Origin: Promethearchaeota archaeon
GTDB lineage: Archaea > Asgardarchaeota > Lokiarchaeia > Sigyniarchaeales > SOKP01
Direction of reading: 5' to 3'
Length of the DNA stretch: 64,000 bases
Assembly (NCBI GenBank): GCA_019057795.1
Contig: JAHLWS010000077.1
Location: 96,001 to 160,000, forward strand
The position numbers and the translations under genes are program-made. Of this stretch, positions 51,237-62,676 are shown one piece after another. Each line of letters starts with the position of its first letter. The stretch's first letter is position 1. Under the pieces are notes generated by a model. That model was not told the DNA's origin. It was given only the letters and a program-made list of their open reading frames with translations, and searched no databases.

Positions 51237-52373
51237 TTACTCTGAAAATTTTTTAATTTTTATAGGTTTCCCTCCAGAACCCGCCGATTTAGAGGCGGCA
51301 ATTCCCGATAGACAAAAATTAGCAGCTATTTTTGTGTGGATGACTGGTTTAATATTATTATTTATTGCTTGTAACCAATCCTCCATAATACGAACGGAAG
51401 AACCGTAATATAAACCTTCAACTGGAGGTATTATTGTTGATAACTCGTTATTATCAATAATTTTTGATTTTCCTTTTCGATGACGACTCTTACTAATTTT
51501 ATGTCCGTCAGTTAGAAATAATCGCCCTGGTTTCCCTATTTGATAACATTCGTATGTACCTAAACGCCCTGTAACTTGAATAATAAGGCGAGAAGGTTCT
51601 CTGGCAAAAATATAGGCGTTAGCACATTTTGATATTGCCCCTGTTTCTGTTTTAAATAACCCTACTTGAAACGCTTTAGCGGGATGGCAGATTGGATTTG
51701 CTTGATAACCTCCAATATCATTTGTGTAGCTTATAACTTCAACGAATGGCATAGGTTTTTTAATTCCACCTAATGCAACTTGAGCAGGACCAATTGTGTG
51801 GGCATACATTAATGGATCAAATGATTGATACCAAGAATCTATGCGTGGCGTGTCAACATCGCCAAAATTCCCTTCTCTCCACCTATAAGTTACATCGTGC
51901 AAATATTCAGATTCCGAATAAATAGTTGGCCCAATCTTGCCAGAAGATGCAAGATGCCCCGCAAATAAAACTTCTGAGAAAAAACAGTAATTTTCTCCAA
52001 GTTGATAAACTTTTCCTGAACTCTCTTCAGCGTCTATAATTTTTTTAATATCTTTTTCATTAATTGCCATAGGAACTTCAGAGAAGACATGTAATCCCGC
52101 TTCTAGTGCCGCAACAGCTTGATCTGCGTGATATTGAGGGGGACTACTAATTATAACAGCATCAAGATCAGCTGTATCTAAAAGATCTTCAAAAGATTTT
52201 GCTACTTTTATACTTTTAACATTATTTAGCATCTGATTCGCTTTAGGATCTGGATCGAACCCAACTATCCATTTTGTACGCCCTATTAATCTTGGATGAT
52301 TTTTTAGCTCTGATGTATGACCCAACGCAGTGAGACCATAACCTACTAAGCCATATCGTAATGCTTCTATCAT
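51237..52373 (-). CDS. Gfo/Idh/MocA family oxidoreductase
   Basis: GLVGYG, H...A..ALEAG.HV.SEVP and ENY. Confidence 0.88.
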   Translation of the reverse strand: MIEALRYGLVGYGLTALGHTSELKNHPRLIGRTKWIVGFDPDPKANQMLNNVKSIKVAKSFEDLLDTADLDAVIISSPPQYHADQAVAALEAGLHVFSEVPMAINEKDIKKIIDAEESSGKVYQLGENYCFFSEVLFAGHLASSGKIGPTIYSESEYLHDVTYRWREGNFGDVDTPRIDSWYQSFDPLMYAHTIGPAQVALGGIKKPMPFVEVISYTNDIGGYQANPICHPAKAFQVGLFKTETGAISKCANAYIFAREPSRLIIQVTGRLGTYECYQIGKPGRLFLTDGHKISKSRHRKGKSKIIDNNELSTIIPPVEGLYYGSSVRIMEDWLQAINNNIKPVIHTKIAANFCLSGIAASKSAGSGGKPIKIKKFSE

Positions 52374-52450
52374 ATTCTATTATATTATAAGGTAAGTGAC
52401 ATTTATCTAATTTGCGATATTTTCTTATCAAAATTAATGTAGGTAGAAGC

Positions 52451-53776
52451 ATGGAAAAAAGAATTGTTTTAATAGGGGCAGGTAGTTCTTCGTTTGGTCC
52501 TGCTACTTTGATGGATCTTAATCTTAGTTCTGTTTTATCAGGTTCAACTGTTGTTCTTCATGATATTAACGAAGAGAAGTTAGAAATGGTTTATCAAATT
52601 GTTGTAAAAGATAATGAAAAGCTTGGTAATAAGTTCAATATTGAGCAAACAACAATTAGAGCGAAGGCATTAAAAGATGCGGATTTTGTTATTTCTGCCA
52701 TTGAAAAGGGAGATCGGTTTGAATTGCGTTGGCAAGATAATACGATACCGAGAAAACATGGTTCTACGGAAATGATGGCTGAGAATGGGGGCCCAGGTGG
52801 GTTTTTCCATAGCGCACGACAAATCCCTGAAATCATTAGAATTGCGGAAGATGCTGTAAAAATTTGTCCTAATGCTTTCTTTATAAATTACTCAAACCCC
52901 ATGTCCAGAATATGTTTAGCAATTAAAAGAGCTGTTCCTAAACTAAAGTTTGTGGGGCTTTGCCATCAAATAGAGTTATTAACAAATCACCATTTACCAA
53001 ATATGTTAAATAAGGATATAAGTGAAATGCAATTAACTACCGGTGGTTTAAATCATTTTGCTTTCCTACTTGGATTAAAGGATTTAACCACTGGAAAGGA
53101 TCTAATGCCAGAATTTAACTCAAAATGCTTAGAATATTTTAAAGACAAAAGGGATAGGTTTCATTATAATGATTTAACTTTCGAAGTATACAAAAGATTT
53201 GGCAATTTTCCTTACGTGGGTGACAATCATATATGCGAATATATACAAATTGGGTCTCAATATACAACAATCCAAGATTTAAAGGATTGGATTACAAGAA
53301 TGGAACAAGTAAATAAAGGGAGTTATGCTAAGCTTTCTAGATATTATAAAAGGCTTAAGAAAGGAACTTATCCTCGAAAAGGAATGTTTATGCGAGATCC
53401 ATCTGGAGAACGGGCGATACCAATTATCGAAGCTTTAATTGAAGATAAAAATTCGTATGAAATTGCAGTTAATATACCTAACGATGGAATTATTGAAAAT
53501 CTCCCTCAAGATTTGGTGATTGAATGTTCGGCAATTGTAAATAAAGAGGGCATACATGGAGTTAAACTAGGTGAGATTCCAAAAAATATTGCTGCAATAC
53601 TCCGCATAGAAGCCTCAATTCAAGATTTATGCGTTGAAGCAATTTTAAAAGAATCTAAGGATCTTACTATAGCGTGTATCGCCATAGATGTTAATTGCGG
53701 TAGTTTTAAAATGGCAGAAGCAATATTTAACGAAATGACTGAACTTCAGAAAGAATACTTACCTAATTTTAAATAA
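52451..53776 (+). CDS. Glycoside hydrolase family 4 (alpha-galactosidase-like)
   Basis: IGAGS..F, E..GPGG, NYSNP, GLCH and GLNH; ATG at 52451 is the likely start. Confidence 0.9.
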   Translation: MEKRIVLIGAGSSSFGPATLMDLNLSSVLSGSTVVLHDINEEKLEMVYQIVVKDNEKLGNKFNIEQTTIRAKALKDADFVISAIEKGDRFELRWQDNTIPRKHGSTEMMAENGGPGGFFHSARQIPEIIRIAEDAVKICPNAFFINYSNPMSRICLAIKRAVPKLKFVGLCHQIELLTNHHLPNMLNKDISEMQLTTGGLNHFAFLLGLKDLTTGKDLMPEFNSKCLEYFKDKRDRFHYNDLTFEVYKRFGNFPYVGDNHICEYIQIGSQYTTIQDLKDWITRMEQVNKGSYAKLSRYYKRLKKGTYPRKGMFMRDPSGERAIPIIEALIEDKNSYEIAVNIPNDGIIENLPQDLVIECSAIVNKEGIHGVKLGEIPKNIAAILRIEASIQDLCVEAILKESKDLTIACIAIDVNCGSFKMAEAIFNEMTELQKEYLPNFK

Positions 53777-53904
53777 TTATAGCGCTTTTAACCCAATTTA
53801 GAAGGGTTAATTTTGGTTTTATAAAATTAGGTAAAAATAATAACACTTGTCAAATGATCTTCTTTAATCATTAGAACTTAATTAATAGGATTTGAAAATT
53901 AAAC

Positions 53905-54798
53905 ATGAAAAATCTTACGCTTATAGAAAAATTAGGGTTTGAAGCTTCAGATAGAGTTGTTATTTTCCATATTGACGATATAGGTTTCTCTCATGCCTCA
54001 AACTTAGCTTCATTTAAATGTTTAGACTTAGGAGTAGCTAGCTGTGGCTCTATTATTACCCCCTCACCTTGGTTTTTAGAAGCCGCATCTATTTGCAAAA
54101 ATAACCCTAAATATGATATTGGCGTGCATTTAACTCTTACATGTGAATACGAATTATATCGTTGGCGGGCATTGAGTAGCGTTGATCCTAAAACTGGCTT
54201 ATTGGATTCAGAGAGTTCGCTCTGGCGTACTTCGGAGGAGGCAATTGAAAATGTAACTGTTGAAGCAGCAGAAATTGAAATGCGTTCACAGATTCAAATG
54301 GCTCTCTATAATGGTATTGATGTTACCCACATTGATTCGCATATGGGGACTGTAATGAATCCCAAATTCCTTCCGTCTTATTTGAAGCTAGCTCGAGAAT
54401 TCAATATTGTAGCTTTTTTACCAAAATTAACTAAAGAAGAATTAATTGCCATGGGACGAGGAGAGCATGCCGATGTTTACCTAAAAATGTTTGAAAATTT
54501 AGAGGAAAAAGGCACTCCTCTTATAAACCAGATTATTATTGATACACTGGGACCGCATCCTAACAAAGTAGAATATTATTGCAAAAGGTTTGCAGAAATT
54601 AAACCTGGTCTAACGCATTTCTTATTCCACCCCGCTAAAATGAGCCCTGAATTGAAAGCTATAACCCCGGATTCAGCAAGTTGGCGAGACTTAGATTTTG
54701 GAGCATTCACTAATCCGCATATTAAAGAATGTGTTGAGAAGTACGATTTAAAAATAATTGGATATAAAGAAATTCGTGATTATATTAGAAATCAATAA
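53905..54798 (+). CDS. YdjC/ChbG family carbohydrate deacetylase
   Basis: HIDD.G, GVHLTL, THIDSHM and HP. Confidence 0.9.
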   Translation: MKNLTLIEKLGFEASDRVVIFHIDDIGFSHASNLASFKCLDLGVASCGSIITPSPWFLEAASICKNNPKYDIGVHLTLTCEYELYRWRALSSVDPKTGLLDSESSLWRTSEEAIENVTVEAAEIEMRSQIQMALYNGIDVTHIDSHMGTVMNPKFLPSYLKLAREFNIVAFLPKLTKEELIAMGRGEHADVYLKMFENLEEKGTPLINQIIIDTLGPHPNKVEYYCKRFAEIKPGLTHFLFHPAKMSPELKAITPDSASWRDLDFGAFTNPHIKECVEKYDLKIIGYKEIRDYIRNQ

Positions 54799-54817
54799 TG
54801 ATTTTTATAAAGTGTTA

Positions 54818-56233
54818 TCAAATTTCACTCCTAAATTTTTCCGACTTACTACTCTCATAATTTTCTTTCTTCACTGCATGTAGTTTCACTAATTCAGATT
54901 GCAGTTTTTCTAAAGCTTCGCCGTGATAAGGAAATAGATATATAAAGATTAAACTAATCGCGTGCATAAGGGTGGGCATTACAAATAAAAGGACCTTTAT
55001 TCCGAGGAGAGCAGTTGCGTCTTGAGTCGTCGAACCTGTCACAAAACCGAACATAGTTAAAGTAATTGTAGCAATTATTGGTCCTAAACTATCTGCTGGT
55101 TTAAACAAGAGAGAACTCGTTCCTTGAAATATACTTTCTCGTCGACTTCCATATTTGATTTCGTCTTCGTCAATTGCCATAGTTAAAAGTACAAAATCAA
55201 AGACTCCAAATCCAGATAAAATTGATACGAGAGCAACGCAAATCCATACTATTGTTGTCGATCCTACTGCGGAGACTATTACAAAACTAATTAAATTTGC
55301 TATAATCAAACATGACTTAAGGATAAGAATAGTTTTTCGAATCCCCCATTTTTTTTCTAATTTCATATAAATTATATTTGAGAAAAAGCCTATACCAAAT
55401 GTAAGAAGCATAAATAATATGGGTGTTAGCGGTCCGGGGCCTAAGATGAATAAAAAGGCAAAAAGAAACGAAAATCCCATAGCCCTTGCACCAGTATTGA
55501 AAAAAATATAACCAGTGCGTGTCAAAAACGCTTTAGATTTAACAACCATTTTCATGGCTTGGAAAAAGGTATAGTCTTCTTCAACTCTTAATTCTGGTCT
55601 CTCCTTTAAAGTGCGAGTAACTATTATATATAATATAATCGAAATAATAGCAAGTACGCCATTAAACATTTGAAAAGTTTCTAAGCTCGCATCAAATATA
55701 GATTGTGCGAAGACAACTGGAATTCCAGCAATAAATGTTGCAATGTTGGCATAAAAGGATAATTTATAGCGAACTTTGATGTTATCAGACATTTCTGACA
55801 TTAATGACATATATAATCCAATTACTAGAGAAAGAAAGGTATCAAAAATACATATACTTAATACAAATTGAAGAAATATTATAATTTGGTTGTCATAACT
55901 CCAAGGGAACCACATTATGAAGAAAAATATTGCCCATAATGGCCCGAACCATTTTATATAAATTAATCTTCGACTGCCCCATTTATCAATATTAGTTTTG
56001 TCACTCATATGCCCAGTTAGTGGATCGTTTAGGGCATTAATCGTAGCATAAATTACCATCCCAACGATAAATAATGAATCAATTAAACCTAAATAATTCC
56101 AAAAGAAATTAACATACATTAACATGAAAACTCCCGCAAGGAAAGTATTAGGAATATATCCTAGTGAATATATAAACACATCTTTTCTCGGCAATTTTCC
56201 AACAAAATCATTGTTTGTTTTCGATCTTTTCAA
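54818..56233 (-). CDS. GPH (MelB-like) MFS sugar transporter
   Basis: NALNDPL.G.MSD, G.RR and DEDE.KYG.RRE..F. Confidence 0.9.
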   Translation of the reverse strand: MKRSKTNNDFVGKLPRKDVFIYSLGYIPNTFLAGVFMLMYVNFFWNYLGLIDSLFIVGMVIYATINALNDPLTGHMSDKTNIDKWGSRRLIYIKWFGPLWAIFFFIMWFPWSYDNQIIIFLQFVLSICIFDTFLSLVIGLYMSLMSEMSDNIKVRYKLSFYANIATFIAGIPVVFAQSIFDASLETFQMFNGVLAIISIILYIIVTRTLKERPELRVEEDYTFFQAMKMVVKSKAFLTRTGYIFFNTGARAMGFSFLFAFLFILGPGPLTPILFMLLTFGIGFFSNIIYMKLEKKWGIRKTILILKSCLIIANLISFVIVSAVGSTTIVWICVALVSILSGFGVFDFVLLTMAIDEDEIKYGSRRESIFQGTSSLLFKPADSLGPIIATITLTMFGFVTGSTTQDATALLGIKVLLFVMPTLMHAISLIFIYLFPYHGEALEKLQSELVKLHAVKKENYESSKSEKFRSEI

Positions 56234-56460
56234 ATTATATCACTTATATAATTTTAACTTCAAACTATTTTTGTATAATATTTCAACTACTCGTTTTATA
56301 TACATTCTTTTTTTTATGTGTTTTTTATCAATATTATTCTAAAATCAAAACATCATGCGTTTTTCCTAATATAAAGATCTTCTTTTTGGTTCTTTTCATA
56401 CTAGTTTAAATTTTAATAAGAATTATTCATTTTAATTTAATTCTAAAGAGGACACTTTAA

Positions 56461-57840
56461 TTGAGATTTACGGATTACAAATCAGTTAAAAAACATAAAG
56501 TGCCAGATTGGTTTCATAATGCAAAGCTTGGGATTTTCATACATTGGGGACTTTATTCTGTGCCTGCCTTTGCCGTTACTGGCTTGGATTTAGTAGAATC
56601 CATGAAAAGAGGTTTGGAAGAACACTTCAAAAATAACCCCTATGCTGAATGGTATCTCAATTCTTTAAGAATTGAAGGAAGTCCTACTCAACAATATCAT
56701 AAAGATATGTATGGTGAAGATTTTGTATATGATGATTTTATTCCTATTTTTAATGAAGAAATAAAGAAGTGGAACCCTAAAGAATGGGCAGAGCTATTCA
56801 ATAAAGCCGGAGCAAAATATGTAGTTTTAGTAACAAAACATCACGATGGTTTTCTTCTATGGCCTAGTAAATATCCTAATCCAAAAAAACAGAATTATAA
56901 GGCAAGTAGAGATATCGTTGGCGAACTTTCTAAAGAAGTTCGGAAAAAGGGTTTAAAAATGGGTTTTTACTATTCTGGTACACTTGATTGGTCCTTTAAA
57001 TTAGAGCCGATCAAAGATGGAATATCTTTTGTTGAAAATGGAGTTAGAACGCCTGAATATATTGAATACGCTAATAACCACTGGTATGAATTAATAAACA
57101 AGTATAATGGCATAATTTTATGGAACGATATTGGTTATGTACCAACAAATGCATATGAAATTTTTACTTATTTCTATAATAAATTTCCTGAGGGCGTAAT
57201 TAACGATCGATGGAAATATACTAAAAAAAAAGAGGATAACTTTCGAGTCGCCTACCATCACGATTTTATAACACCAGAATATGAAGTACTTAAAAAAATT
57301 AAGAAGAAAAAATGGGAAACAAACAGAGGAATTGGCAATTCCTACGGTTATAACAAAATAGAAAAGGAAGAAGATTATCTCGATTCAGAAAAATTAATTA
57401 GAATGTTCATAGATATCGTAAGTAAAAACGGAAATCTCCTCTTAAATGTGGGTCCCATGGTAGATGGTACGATCCCAGAAGTTCAAAGGAAAGTTTTACT
57501 TAATTTAGGGAAATGGCTTGAAATCAATGGGGAATCTATTTACAATACACGCCCGTGGGTAAAAGCAGAAGGGATAACAATAGATGGAGTAGAAGTGAGA
57601 TATACCAAGACTCAAGAATCCCTTTTCGTAATATTACTTGAAAAGCCTGAGGAAAAGGAGTTAGAGATTAAATCTTTAGTAATCAAAGAAAATTCAACAG
57701 TTCAATTATTGGGGAACAATAATGAAATTGAATGGTCCCAAATGGAAGAAAATTTAAAACTAAAGATTCCAGATGATCTTTTTAACTCACCAGCATATTC
57801 CTTTAAAATTACACCTAGACCAGATGAAGACATAAATTGA
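56461..57840 (+). CDS. Alpha-L-fucosidase, GH29
   Basis: WF.NAKLGIFIHWG.YSVP, YAEWY, TKHHDGF, WND and GNLLLNVGP. Confidence 0.95.
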   Translation: MRFTDYKSVKKHKVPDWFHNAKLGIFIHWGLYSVPAFAVTGLDLVESMKRGLEEHFKNNPYAEWYLNSLRIEGSPTQQYHKDMYGEDFVYDDFIPIFNEEIKKWNPKEWAELFNKAGAKYVVLVTKHHDGFLLWPSKYPNPKKQNYKASRDIVGELSKEVRKKGLKMGFYYSGTLDWSFKLEPIKDGISFVENGVRTPEYIEYANNHWYELINKYNGIILWNDIGYVPTNAYEIFTYFYNKFPEGVINDRWKYTKKKEDNFRVAYHHDFITPEYEVLKKIKKKKWETNRGIGNSYGYNKIEKEEDYLDSEKLIRMFIDIVSKNGNLLLNVGPMVDGTIPEVQRKVLLNLGKWLEINGESIYNTRPWVKAEGITIDGVEVRYTKTQESLFVILLEKPEEKELEIKSLVIKENSTVQLLGNNNEIEWSQMEENLKLKIPDDLFNSPAYSFKITPRPDEDIN

Positions 57841-57903
57841 TTTTAGTAATTTAGAATAAGAAAATAATAATTGAAATTTTTCAATTTTTTTTATTACATC
57901 GAT

Positions 57904-59151
57904 CTAAGCTTGTTTTAGAAGTGAAGAAATGTAATCCCATTTTTTGTTAATCTTATCGGAAGTTCTTAATCGATTAAATATTTTATATTCGAAAGCCCCA
58001 ATAAGATTATACATAGATTTCACTTGTTTATATACTTCAAATTCTTCAAACTTTTTTATATATTCCTCTACATTTTCAGAGCTCCATATATACTCTTGAT
58101 ATTTGATAGAGTCCATAGTGCTATCAGAAAGTTCTTTCATTTTTTTCGAGATATTTTCAACCCAGAAGTGTGACATCGCCATTGAATAGTACAACCCTGA
58201 AGATCCAAACGGATTAACAAATCCTGCACTATCTCCAATAAGAACGACACCAGGACATGGAACAAAATTTTCGACCATTTTAGCGTTTGGTATATATGTT
58301 AATTCCTCGTAATCAATTTTAGCCTCTTTAAAAAACTCACTAAATCCTGGAAAACCTTTCTTCAAATTTTCCCAAACCATCATGATTTCATCATGATCAG
58401 GTATATTAACGGTTTTCATTTGAGGGACTTGTGCCATTCGCAACATTAAACCCACTTCTGCTCTTTTCTTCTCTAATGGAAATACATACGCAATACTTGG
58501 AGGAAAATTAGGAGAGTAATCCAAATCACCGTTCCCGATGAAATAAAATTGTAAATCTGGAGTTTCGCTTATATCTATGTTAGCTTCGCTAATTAAGCAT
58601 TTTATTATGGGACAATTTATCTCTTCGTCGTAAGGAACTCCATAATGGCTTCCAATAATGCCTGAATATCCACTGCAATCTAAAAGTGCGTTTCCATACA
58701 CTTCATTAAGATCTCCATTCTTATCTTTAAATTTTACGCCAATAATAAAACCATTTTTCTCAATTGGTTCTGTAACCTCAGCTTTTAAAAGGATGTCAAC
58801 TCCTAACTCGCTTGCAATTTCTACAAATCTATCGATAAATTTTCTCCATTCGAAAAAATAATGGTCGTATTCTCGGTAGGTCGTTGTTGTTTGTAAATTT
58901 CCCGGAGAATGCCAAACTCTTCCTCCGTTGGATTTAATTCCTATAGAAGGTAAGAAGTTCTTTCCTAGAATAATATCAACAATAGGATAATGGCCCATTC
59001 CTTCACCACGAGGTTTTGGTCCAGCAAGTTCACCTTTTTCTAAAATCACAGCTTTAAATCCTTTCCTTGCAGCCACGATGCCCGCAGTTAATCCAGCTGG
59101 TCCAGCTCCAACGATTATAAAATCGTAATTCTTTGATTTTTTAATAGCCAT
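57904..59151 (-). CDS. Geranylgeranyl reductase family FAD oxidoreductase
   Basis: VGAGPAG, KPRGEG and IGDSAGFVNP. Confidence 0.85.
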   Translation of the reverse strand: MAIKKSKNYDFIIVGAGPAGLTAGIVAARKGFKAVILEKGELAGPKPRGEGMGHYPIVDIILGKNFLPSIGIKSNGGRVWHSPGNLQTTTTYREYDHYFFEWRKFIDRFVEIASELGVDILLKAEVTEPIEKNGFIIGVKFKDKNGDLNEVYGNALLDCSGYSGIIGSHYGVPYDEEINCPIIKCLISEANIDISETPDLQFYFIGNGDLDYSPNFPPSIAYVFPLEKKRAEVGLMLRMAQVPQMKTVNIPDHDEIMMVWENLKKGFPGFSEFFKEAKIDYEELTYIPNAKMVENFVPCPGVVLIGDSAGFVNPFGSSGLYYSMAMSHFWVENISKKMKELSDSTMDSIKYQEYIWSSENVEEYIKKFEEFEVYKQVKSMYNLIGAFEYKIFNRLRTSDKINKKWDYISSLLKQA

Positions 59152-59295
59152 AGTTTATAAATATGAATAGAATAAATTAATCATTTTTGTTGCAAATGCA
59201 TATGAACAAGAAACAAATTAAAATTTCTTTTTATGAGGAAAATATAATTTTTAACGCTTTAACCATTAATTAATTTATTAAAAAAAAAACAGACA

Positions 59296-60474
59296 ATGAA
59301 AATGTTTGATGTTGTTATATCGGGAGCTGGTCCTAGCGGTTCTAAATGTGCTCAAGTTCTTGCTGAAAGAGGATTTGAAGTTGCATTACTTGATAGAGAT
59401 ATTAATTGGCGAAAGCCTTGTGGGGGTGCAGTTAGTTCAAGAATCTTTAAATATTACCCACAACTGCGAAAATTAAATTATCCCCATAATACTGGAATAA
59501 CTATATATTCTATGGATTATCATCAGATTAAATACTCTTGGAAAAATATTAGAGATTATTCGATAAATGTAGATCGCTTAGAATTTGATAATTTTATAAG
59601 GAATATCGCTATAGAAGCTGGAGCTCAATTATTTAACAAAAATATATCTTACGACTTTGTAATTAAAAATAGTCGCAGAGTTGGGATCAAAACAAAAACC
59701 CCCTCGGGGACAAAGGAATATCTCGGAAAAATTTTAATTATAGCGGACGGCATGAGCTCTAAATTAGCGCTTAAATCTGGTTTGAAAGGAAAATGGAAAA
59801 TTGACGAAATAGGACTATGCAAGTGTGCTATAATGGAAGGGGAAAATTTATTAGAGAAAGATTCTATGTCCTTATTTTTTAGAGCATATAAAGGGTATGG
59901 CTGGATATTTCCCTTAGATGACAAACGCTTTAACATTGGATGTGGCACATGGTTAGACGAAAATTTGAATTCTAATCTAAATCAAATATATACGGAATTT
60001 TTAAACGACCCCCACATAAAAAAGTTCTTTCCTAAATCTCATTATAAAGAAATATGGAAGGGTGCATATCCAATTCCCGCATTAGGCGTGAAAGAGAAAA
60101 GTTTATATGGAGATAATATTATGATTATTGGAGATGCAGCAGGTTTTGTTTCTCCTATAAGCGGCGAAGGGATACATCCTAGCATAGTATCTGGAAAAGT
60201 TGCAGCTGAAACCGCTATTGAAGCCTTAGAGAACGACGATATATCTAAACAAAGCTTGAAAAAGTACAAACAACATCCTAATATTAAAAAAATAATTAGA
60301 AATTTTAAAATGAAAGTTTCTATGGTTGAATTTCTTTTTGAAAATAACGGTCAGAATCTTTCAAAAATGTTTGAACTTGCAGATACAGATGATAAAATAA
60401 GAGAAGAAGTCATTAACATGTTCTTATTTTCCATACCACCATCTAAAGAATTGCTTTTAAAAATCCAATCTTAA
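59296..60474 (+). CDS. Geranylgeranyl reductase family protein
   Basis: GAGPSG, KPCGG, GYGWIFP and GDAAGFVSPISGEGI. Confidence 0.9.
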   Translation: MKMFDVVISGAGPSGSKCAQVLAERGFEVALLDRDINWRKPCGGAVSSRIFKYYPQLRKLNYPHNTGITIYSMDYHQIKYSWKNIRDYSINVDRLEFDNFIRNIAIEAGAQLFNKNISYDFVIKNSRRVGIKTKTPSGTKEYLGKILIIADGMSSKLALKSGLKGKWKIDEIGLCKCAIMEGENLLEKDSMSLFFRAYKGYGWIFPLDDKRFNIGCGTWLDENLNSNLNQIYTEFLNDPHIKKFFPKSHYKEIWKGAYPIPALGVKEKSLYGDNIMIIGDAAGFVSPISGEGIHPSIVSGKVAAETAIEALENDDISKQSLKKYKQHPNIKKIIRNFKMKVSMVEFLFENNGQNLSKMFELADTDDKIREEVINMFLFSIPPSKELLLKIQS

Positions 60475-60609
60475 TTTTATAGCATTTGTTGCTTCGTGAT
60501 TTTTTCTTAGATATTTTTTGAAAAAGAATTTATAAATGATCGAGAATAGTCATATATACATTTTTGGTAATTATACAAAAATGTGAAATATATTAAGAGG
60601 TGAAATTAA

Positions 60610-60930
60610 ATGGTAATAGTTATTATGAAATTAATTCAAAGAGTAGCAAATGGTAAATGGGAAGAATTAGAAGAGATCGAAAAAAAATTCAATGAACTCG
60701 AGGATAAATTAGGTTATCCTCCAAAAAAACGATACCGTATTCTATCGGGGGCTTACGATAATAACGTAATTATTATTGAAAGAGAGTGGCAAAGCCTATC
60801 AAAAATGGAAAAAACTATGACAAAAGGTTTCTTAGACCCTGAATTGGTAAAATTATCTAAAAAATTAGATTCAATTATCGAATGGACAAAAACAGAATTG
60901 TACGTACCTCATCCACCATTTCCTGAATAA
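60610..60930 (+). CDS. Small hypothetical protein (possible dimeric alpha/beta barrel)
   Basis: 106-aa ORF with a gaggtga SD-like site. Confidence 0.7.
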   Translation: MVIVIMKLIQRVANGKWEELEEIEKKFNELEDKLGYPPKKRYRILSGAYDNNVIIIEREWQSLSKMEKTMTKGFLDPELVKLSKKLDSIIEWTKTELYVPHPPFPE

Positions 60931-61026
60931 AGAATATTTCTAGAACTTCAATTCTCCTTTTTTTTTTATATTATTGCGCTGAAATAATGTTTAAAGGGTT
61001 TATTATATTTTTCTAATTAAAGAACT

Positions 61027-61641
61027 ATGGAAAAACTAAAGATAAATATCCTACAAATATTGAATTTTATACCGCGCCCGTTTTACGGGTTGTTATCAGC
61101 AATAGTAGGTATAGCTGGAGATATCATAGCTATATTACTCTTTCCTAATTTTGATTTAAGTTACATGATAAGCGATTTAGGAACGAGTCCTGGCGCAATA
61201 TACTTCAACATCGGGACGTTTTTATCTGGTGTTTTTGCATTATTAACATATTTACACATAGTAGAAATTCTTGAGAACGAAAATATCAATCATCCAAAAG
61301 TACTCAGAATCGGAAAAGTGTTTGCGATTAATTCGTGCGTTTTTTTTGCTTTAATTGGTGTTTTCCCATCGGTTAGAAGTAACATTTTACTTTTTATTGT
61401 TCACGGAGCGGTTGCGTTAATTAGTTTAGTAAGCGGTATTATCTATTTAATCGCTTTTAGCTATCTTTTCTTTAAAAGTGAGAAGTTTTCAGGGCTTGTT
61501 GGGTATCTACCTTTAATAACAATAAGCTGTATTGTCCCATTTTTGTTCTCATGGCACCCAATAACAGAATGGATTATGACGTTTGGCATTACAATTTGGA
61601 TTATCCTGATTTCTATCTATATGCTTTATCATAAAATGTAA
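61027..61641 (+). CDS. DUF998-like membrane protein
   Basis: ISDLG, GVFP and H...A motifs; about 6 TM. Confidence 0.75.
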   Translation: MEKLKINILQILNFIPRPFYGLLSAIVGIAGDIIAILLFPNFDLSYMISDLGTSPGAIYFNIGTFLSGVFALLTYLHIVEILENENINHPKVLRIGKVFAINSCVFFALIGVFPSVRSNILLFIVHGAVALISLVSGIIYLIAFSYLFFKSEKFSGLVGYLPLITISCIVPFLFSWHPITEWIMTFGITIWIILISIYMLYHKM

Positions 61642-61718
61642 CTCTTTTTATCAAGACTACTTTTTCTTGTTTTAATTTTTAAAATAGTATTAAAACGATA
61701 TTTAATAATTTTAAGTTA

Positions 61719-62654
61719 ATGCCCGAATTAATTGGATACATTTTAACGCTCGATGCGTTATTTACTTGGGGAATAGCATCTTTAGTATATAAATATGGAT
61801 TAGGAAAAACACAGCCGAAAGCGACATTACTTTTCAGAATTTTAATAGTTACACTTAGTACATTTATTTTCGCGCTAATTTTTGGAGATTTCTCCTTTTT
61901 TTTTTCGTTTACTTCGCAAGAGCTTGTTGCTTTTTTAATTGTAAGTTTATTATCAGGTATTTCCGTAACAATCGGAGATTTACTCTATTTTAAAGCGCTT
62001 AAAAAGATTGATGCTTCGCGAGCTTATCCATTAACACAACTATCTTTAGTCTTCGTATATCCTTTAGCTTTTATATTCTTCGGTGAGCAAGTTACATTAT
62101 CAATTCTTATTGGAGGGGGTTTTATTCTATTAAGCGTCTTCATATTAAGTACTAAAGACAAACCTAACATAGACATAAGTAATAGCGAAGTTATTCAAGA
62201 AGCCAATAAAAATTTACTTGTCGGAGTTTTATTGTCAATTGGAACCGCGTTTTTATGGGCAATTTCTTATGTTTCGTTTAATCAAGCACGAATAATTTCA
62301 AATGAGGTATTTGCCTCAAATTTCGTAAGAATAGCACTTGCTACAATATTTGTTGCGACTTTAGGATTTTTTAGGCGCGATTACTATGAGGCCTTCAAGA
62401 AAGAAAATAAACCACATTTGAAATATTATCTTTACATCGGAATCGCAGGTGCGTTATCGCTAGGTTTAGCAGATTCACTTTTTATAATGGCAGTAGCAGT
62501 TAATGGGCTAGTATTAACCGCAACAATTACTGCAAACACGCCGATGGTCCAACAAACCTTATCAATTCTAATTTTAAAGGAAAAATTTCGTAAAAGATTT
62601 ATTATTGCAGTTTTATTATTGATTTTAGGCAATTACATAATTTTATTTTTTTAA
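61719..62654 (+). CDS. EamA/DMT family transporter
   Basis: Two 5-TM repeats; GDLLYFKALKKI..SRA.P and LKEK. Confidence 0.9.
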   Translation: MPELIGYILTLDALFTWGIASLVYKYGLGKTQPKATLLFRILIVTLSTFIFALIFGDFSFFFSFTSQELVAFLIVSLLSGISVTIGDLLYFKALKKIDASRAYPLTQLSLVFVYPLAFIFFGEQVTLSILIGGGFILLSVFILSTKDKPNIDISNSEVIQEANKNLLVGVLLSIGTAFLWAISYVSFNQARIISNEVFASNFVRIALATIFVATLGFFRRDYYEAFKKENKPHLKYYLYIGIAGALSLGLADSLFIMAVAVNGLVLTATITANTPMVQQTLSILILKEKFRKRFIIAVLLLILGNYIILFF

Positions 62655-62676
62655 CTACATATAAGTACTTGATTTA

